Made by a program: the position numbers and the translations under genes. 32,000 nt of DNA from Candidatus Methylomirabilis oxygeniifera (GTDB lineage Bacteria; Methylomirabilota; Methylomirabilia; Methylomirabilales; Methylomirabilaceae), in the NCBI GenBank assembly GCA_000091165.1, contig FP565575.1, positions 1,470,001-1,502,000 of the forward strand, given 5' to 3'. Of this stretch, positions 29,583-32,000 are shown in pieces (position 1 is the stretch's first letter; every line of letters starts with the position of its first letter). Below the pieces are notes generated by a model that was given only the letters and a program-made list of their open reading frames with translations, was not told the DNA's origin and searched no databases.

Positions 29583-31022
29583 CTATGCGACCGCTTGAGT
29601 CGCCGCCACACCGGTTCCGGCCATTGACGCAGCGGCCAGATACGACGCCTCGACCCTGGGGTCCGGTTTCTTGCGCCGCGGCGGCGCCGCGGCGTCGGTT
29701 TCCGGCGCGAACAGGGTCACCAATCGCTCCACCATTCCCGGAAAGTCTGATCGTTCGTCGGACGATTGCCGAAGAAACGCCTCGATCGGCGTCATGTACC
29801 GTAAGGCTTCGTCCACCTTCGGATTGCTTCCGGACACATACGCCCCGATGTTGATGAGATCCTGGGCTTGTCGATGAGCCGCCAACAACTCCCGAAGCTT
29901 GGATGCCGCAGCTCTCACCTCCCGGGGTGCCACCACCGACATCAACCGGCTGACGCTCCCGAGAAAATCGACCGGGGGGTAATGATTCCGCTCGGCAAGC
30001 TCCCTGGTGAGAACAATGTGGCCATCCAGGATGGCCCGAGCGTGATCGGCCACCGGCTCGTTCATGTCGTCTCCCTCGACAAGAATGGTGTAGAGCCCCG
30101 TAATGCTCCCGCCATGATCGGCGGTACCGGCCCGCTCTAAGAGTCCAGGCAACATGGCAAATGCCGAAGGCGGATATCCGCGCGTCGTCGGAGGCTCTCC
30201 CACCGACAGGCCGATTTCCCGCTGAGCCAGCGCGAACCGCGTGAGGCTGTCCATCATCAGGAGAACATGCTTGCCCTGATCCCGAAAATATTCGGCAATC
30301 GCCGTCGCAACGTACGCCGCCTGTCGTCGCAGCAGGGAGGGCTCATTGGAGGTGGCCACGACCACCACCGAGCGCCTCAGCCCATCCTCTCCCAACTCCT
30401 TGGTAATAAACTCCCGGACCTCCCGTCCCCGCTCTCCTACCAGAGCAATGACGTTCACATCGGCCTCGGTATAGCGGGCGATCATGCCGAGGAGGGTGCT
30501 CTTCCCGACGCCGCTCCCTGCAAAGATACCGACGCGCTGTCCCTTACCGCAGGTGAGCAGTCCATCGATCACCCGAATCCCGGTCGCCAGCGGCTCGATG
30601 ATAGGGGCGCGCGTCATAGGCGAAGGGGGCTGACGGTGAACAGAACAGCGGGCCTCGACCTCCACCGGAGCCTTCCCGTCGATAGGACGGCCAAGACCGT
30701 TGACGACGCGGCCCAGCATCGATCGTCCCACCGGCACCTCAAACGGCCGTCCGGCCGCGACCACCTCGCTTCCCGGACGGATCCCGTGGATCTCGCCCAG
30801 CGGCATTAAGAGCAGGATCTCCCCGTGAAACCCCACCACTTCAGCCCATACATCGTGCCTCCCCGCCGAACGGATTCGGCACAGCTCGCCGATGAACGCC
30901 TCCTGCCCCACCGCCTCTATCACCAGACCGACCACCTTGGTCACCTTTCCAAGCGATCGAATGAGGTTCGCCTTGTCCATGCGAGCGCGCGCGCGACCCC
31001 AGTCGAATCCGGCGTCGCTCAT
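29583..31022 (-). CDS. fliI: Flagellum-specific ATPase FliI
   Basis: Walker A GSGVGKST, Walker B LLMMDSLTR, F1/T3SS ATPase fold throughout. A ~45-aa Ala/Pro-rich C-terminal extension. Confidence 0.95.
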   Translation of the reverse strand: MSDAGFDWGRARARMDKANLIRSLGKVTKVVGLVIEAVGQEAFIGELCRIRSAGRHDVWAEVVGFHGEILLLMPLGEIHGIRPGSEVVAAGRPFEVPVGRSMLGRVVNGLGRPIDGKAPVEVEARCSVHRQPPSPMTRAPIIEPLATGIRVIDGLLTCGKGQRVGIFAGSGVGKSTLLGMIARYTEADVNVIALVGERGREVREFITKELGEDGLRRSVVVVATSNEPSLLRRQAAYVATAIAEYFRDQGKHVLLMMDSLTRFALAQREIGLSVGEPPTTRGYPPSAFAMLPGLLERAGTADHGGSITGLYTILVEGDDMNEPVADHARAILDGHIVLTRELAERNHYPPVDFLGSVSRLMSVVAPREVRAAASKLRELLAAHRQAQDLINIGAYVSGSNPKVDEALRYMTPIEAFLRQSSDERSDFPGMVERLVTLFAPETDAAAPPRRKKPDPRVEASYLAAASMAGTGVAATQAVA

Positions 31023-31708
31023 GAGATCTCATCCCTTCCGAGCAGGCGAGCGGCCTCATGAAGTTGGCTCTCCACGCGCGCATCCACAAGACCGGACTCA
31101 ACCTCCACCACGCAGCCCCAGGAGGAGATCGCGGGATCGGGGATGATCCGGGCCGACTCCGGCGAGCCGAGCAGTTCTCCCCGATGCTCCATCAACAGTT
31201 CGTAATCGCCGGGATTGACCCGAATAGCCATAATCTTTCGGCTCCCGGCGACTTCCAGGGCGGCCCTGACAAACTGTACGGCCGCATCTCGGCGGGCCCC
31301 GAGTTCGGATCGGAGCACTCGCTCCGCAACGGCAACCGCCAGGCGGACCAACTCCTCCTCCGCATTCGTGATAACGGCTTGGCGAGCGGACGCAACCTGT
31401 CGACAGGTCTCCTGCAGCAACGTCTCCAACGGCTCGCACCGACGCCGCATCTCGTCCATCGCGTCCTGTCGGCCCCTGGCGCGACCCTCCCGTTCGGCCT
31501 CGCGCTCGATCTGTTGCGCCGCCTCACGAGCCGAGAGTATGATCGCCTCAGCCTCGCGCTCGGCCGCTCGGATCGACTCATACCCCGACTGTGCAGACTC
31601 GTGCTCTGTCGCCCACGCCCCGCCGGCCGATCGGCCCGCGCTATATACCAACTCTTCAAAGGAGACTCGCTCCCATCCACCAACTCCGGCCGTCACAATC
31701 TTAGACAA
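31019..31708 (-). CDS. fliH: Flagellar export protein FliH (start re-assigned)
   Basis: E/R/A-rich coiled region and a C-terminal FliH domain (IRVNPGDYELL...GCVVEVESGLVDARVESQL). TTG at 31708 follows GGAGGAGATCA and overlaps the fliG stop; GTG at 31696 is an alternative. The ORF-track N-terminal 51 aa are Arg-rich and overlap fliG. Confidence 0.8.
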   Translation of the reverse strand: MSKIVTAGVGGWERVSFEELVYSAGRSAGGAWATEHESAQSGYESIRAAEREAEAIILSAREAAQQIEREAEREGRARGRQDAMDEMRRRCEPLETLLQETCRQVASARQAVITNAEEELVRLAVAVAERVLRSELGARRDAAVQFVRAALEVAGSRKIMAIRVNPGDYELLMEHRGELLGSPESARIIPDPAISSWGCVVEVESGLVDARVESQLHEAARLLGRDEIS

Positions 31709-32000
31709 TGATCTCCTCCGCGCCGCCACCGCGCCCCTGCACAATAATCTCACCCGCCTCATCGAGACGCCGTACGATCGCAACAACCTTCTGCTGGGCC
31801 GCCTCCACATCCCGAAGCTTGACCGGTCCCAGATATTCGATCTCCTCCTTGAGCAGGGCACCCGCCCGCTCCGACATATTTCTGAAGAGTTTGTCCGCTA
31901 CCTCGGAGCCGGCTGCCTTCATCGCAAGGGCAAGTTCCTTCTGTTCCACCTCCTTGAGGACGCGCTGGATACCACGATCGTCCACCAGGACGACATCATC
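31701..32000 (-). CDS. fliG: Flagellar motor switch protein FliG, C-terminal 99 codons (partial; continues beyond the window)
   Basis: DDRGIQRVLKEVEQKELALAMKAAGSEVADKLFRNMSERAGALLKEEIEYLGPVKLRDVEAAQQKVVAIVRRLDEAGEI is the torque-helix C-domain signature. The frame is open to position 32000. Confidence 0.9.
   Translation of the reverse strand, partial: DDVVLVDDRGIQRVLKEVEQKELALAMKAAGSEVADKLFRNMSERAGALLKEEIEYLGPVKLRDVEAAQQKVVAIVRRLDEAGEIIVQGRGGGAEEIIV

Noticed and set aside
31709-31861. N-terminal 51 codons of the ORF-track fliH (start at 31861)
   Set aside because: This Arg-rich segment overlaps the conserved FliG C-terminus in another frame. A TTG with a good SD at 31708, overlapping the fliG stop, gives a normal-length FliH.

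Overview
GC-rich bacterial chromosomal window with no rRNA, tRNA, CRISPR array or transposase that I can see. About 24.6 kb (7372..32000, all minus strand) is one tightly packed flagellar export/hook/switch cluster. Its order resembles the Bacillus fla operon: fliG(partial)-fliH-fliI-fliJ-ylxF/MotE-like-fliK-[FlgD-Ig paralog]-flgD-flgE-[glycosyltransferase]-flbD-fliL, then a 370-bp gap with a sigma-54 promoter, then fliM-fliN/Y-fliO-fliP-fliQ-fliR-flhB-flhA-flhF-flhG-fliA. A tail of three accessory genes follows: a DUF2802-like membrane protein, a signal-less LysM-M23 peptidase and a YcgR/MotI-like PilZ protein. No motAB, che genes or flagellin lie in the window. The left 7.3 kb holds a small regulatory locus (ANTAR protein plus two GAF paralogs, minus strand), two paralogous chemoreceptor genes (plus strand; one 4HB-type, one NIT-type) and a tail-less SSB-like gene. 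Two candidates stand out as new biology. (1) Three copies of a conserved promoter-leader-[twin hexaloop hairpins overlapping an intrinsic terminator] module surround the ANTAR gene. One sits in the ANTAR gene's own leader, one is upstream of the second GAF gene, and one is upstream of the chemoreceptor genes. This suggests an ANTAR antitermination regulon coupled to chemotaxis. (2) The sigma-28 (FliA) reading frame continues, without a stop, into a transmembrane/lipobox segment and a ~175-aa extracytoplasmic domain, which would make a membrane-tethered flagellar sigma factor. Other notable points: an internal 465-nt duplication in the FliK ruler, an extra FlgD-Ig paralog carrying a heptanucleotide tandem repeat, a glycosyltransferase inside the hook operon, and a short GGCTGAAG motif recurring mostly in intergenic regions. 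All calls come from reading the sequence and ORF translations; no database search was run.
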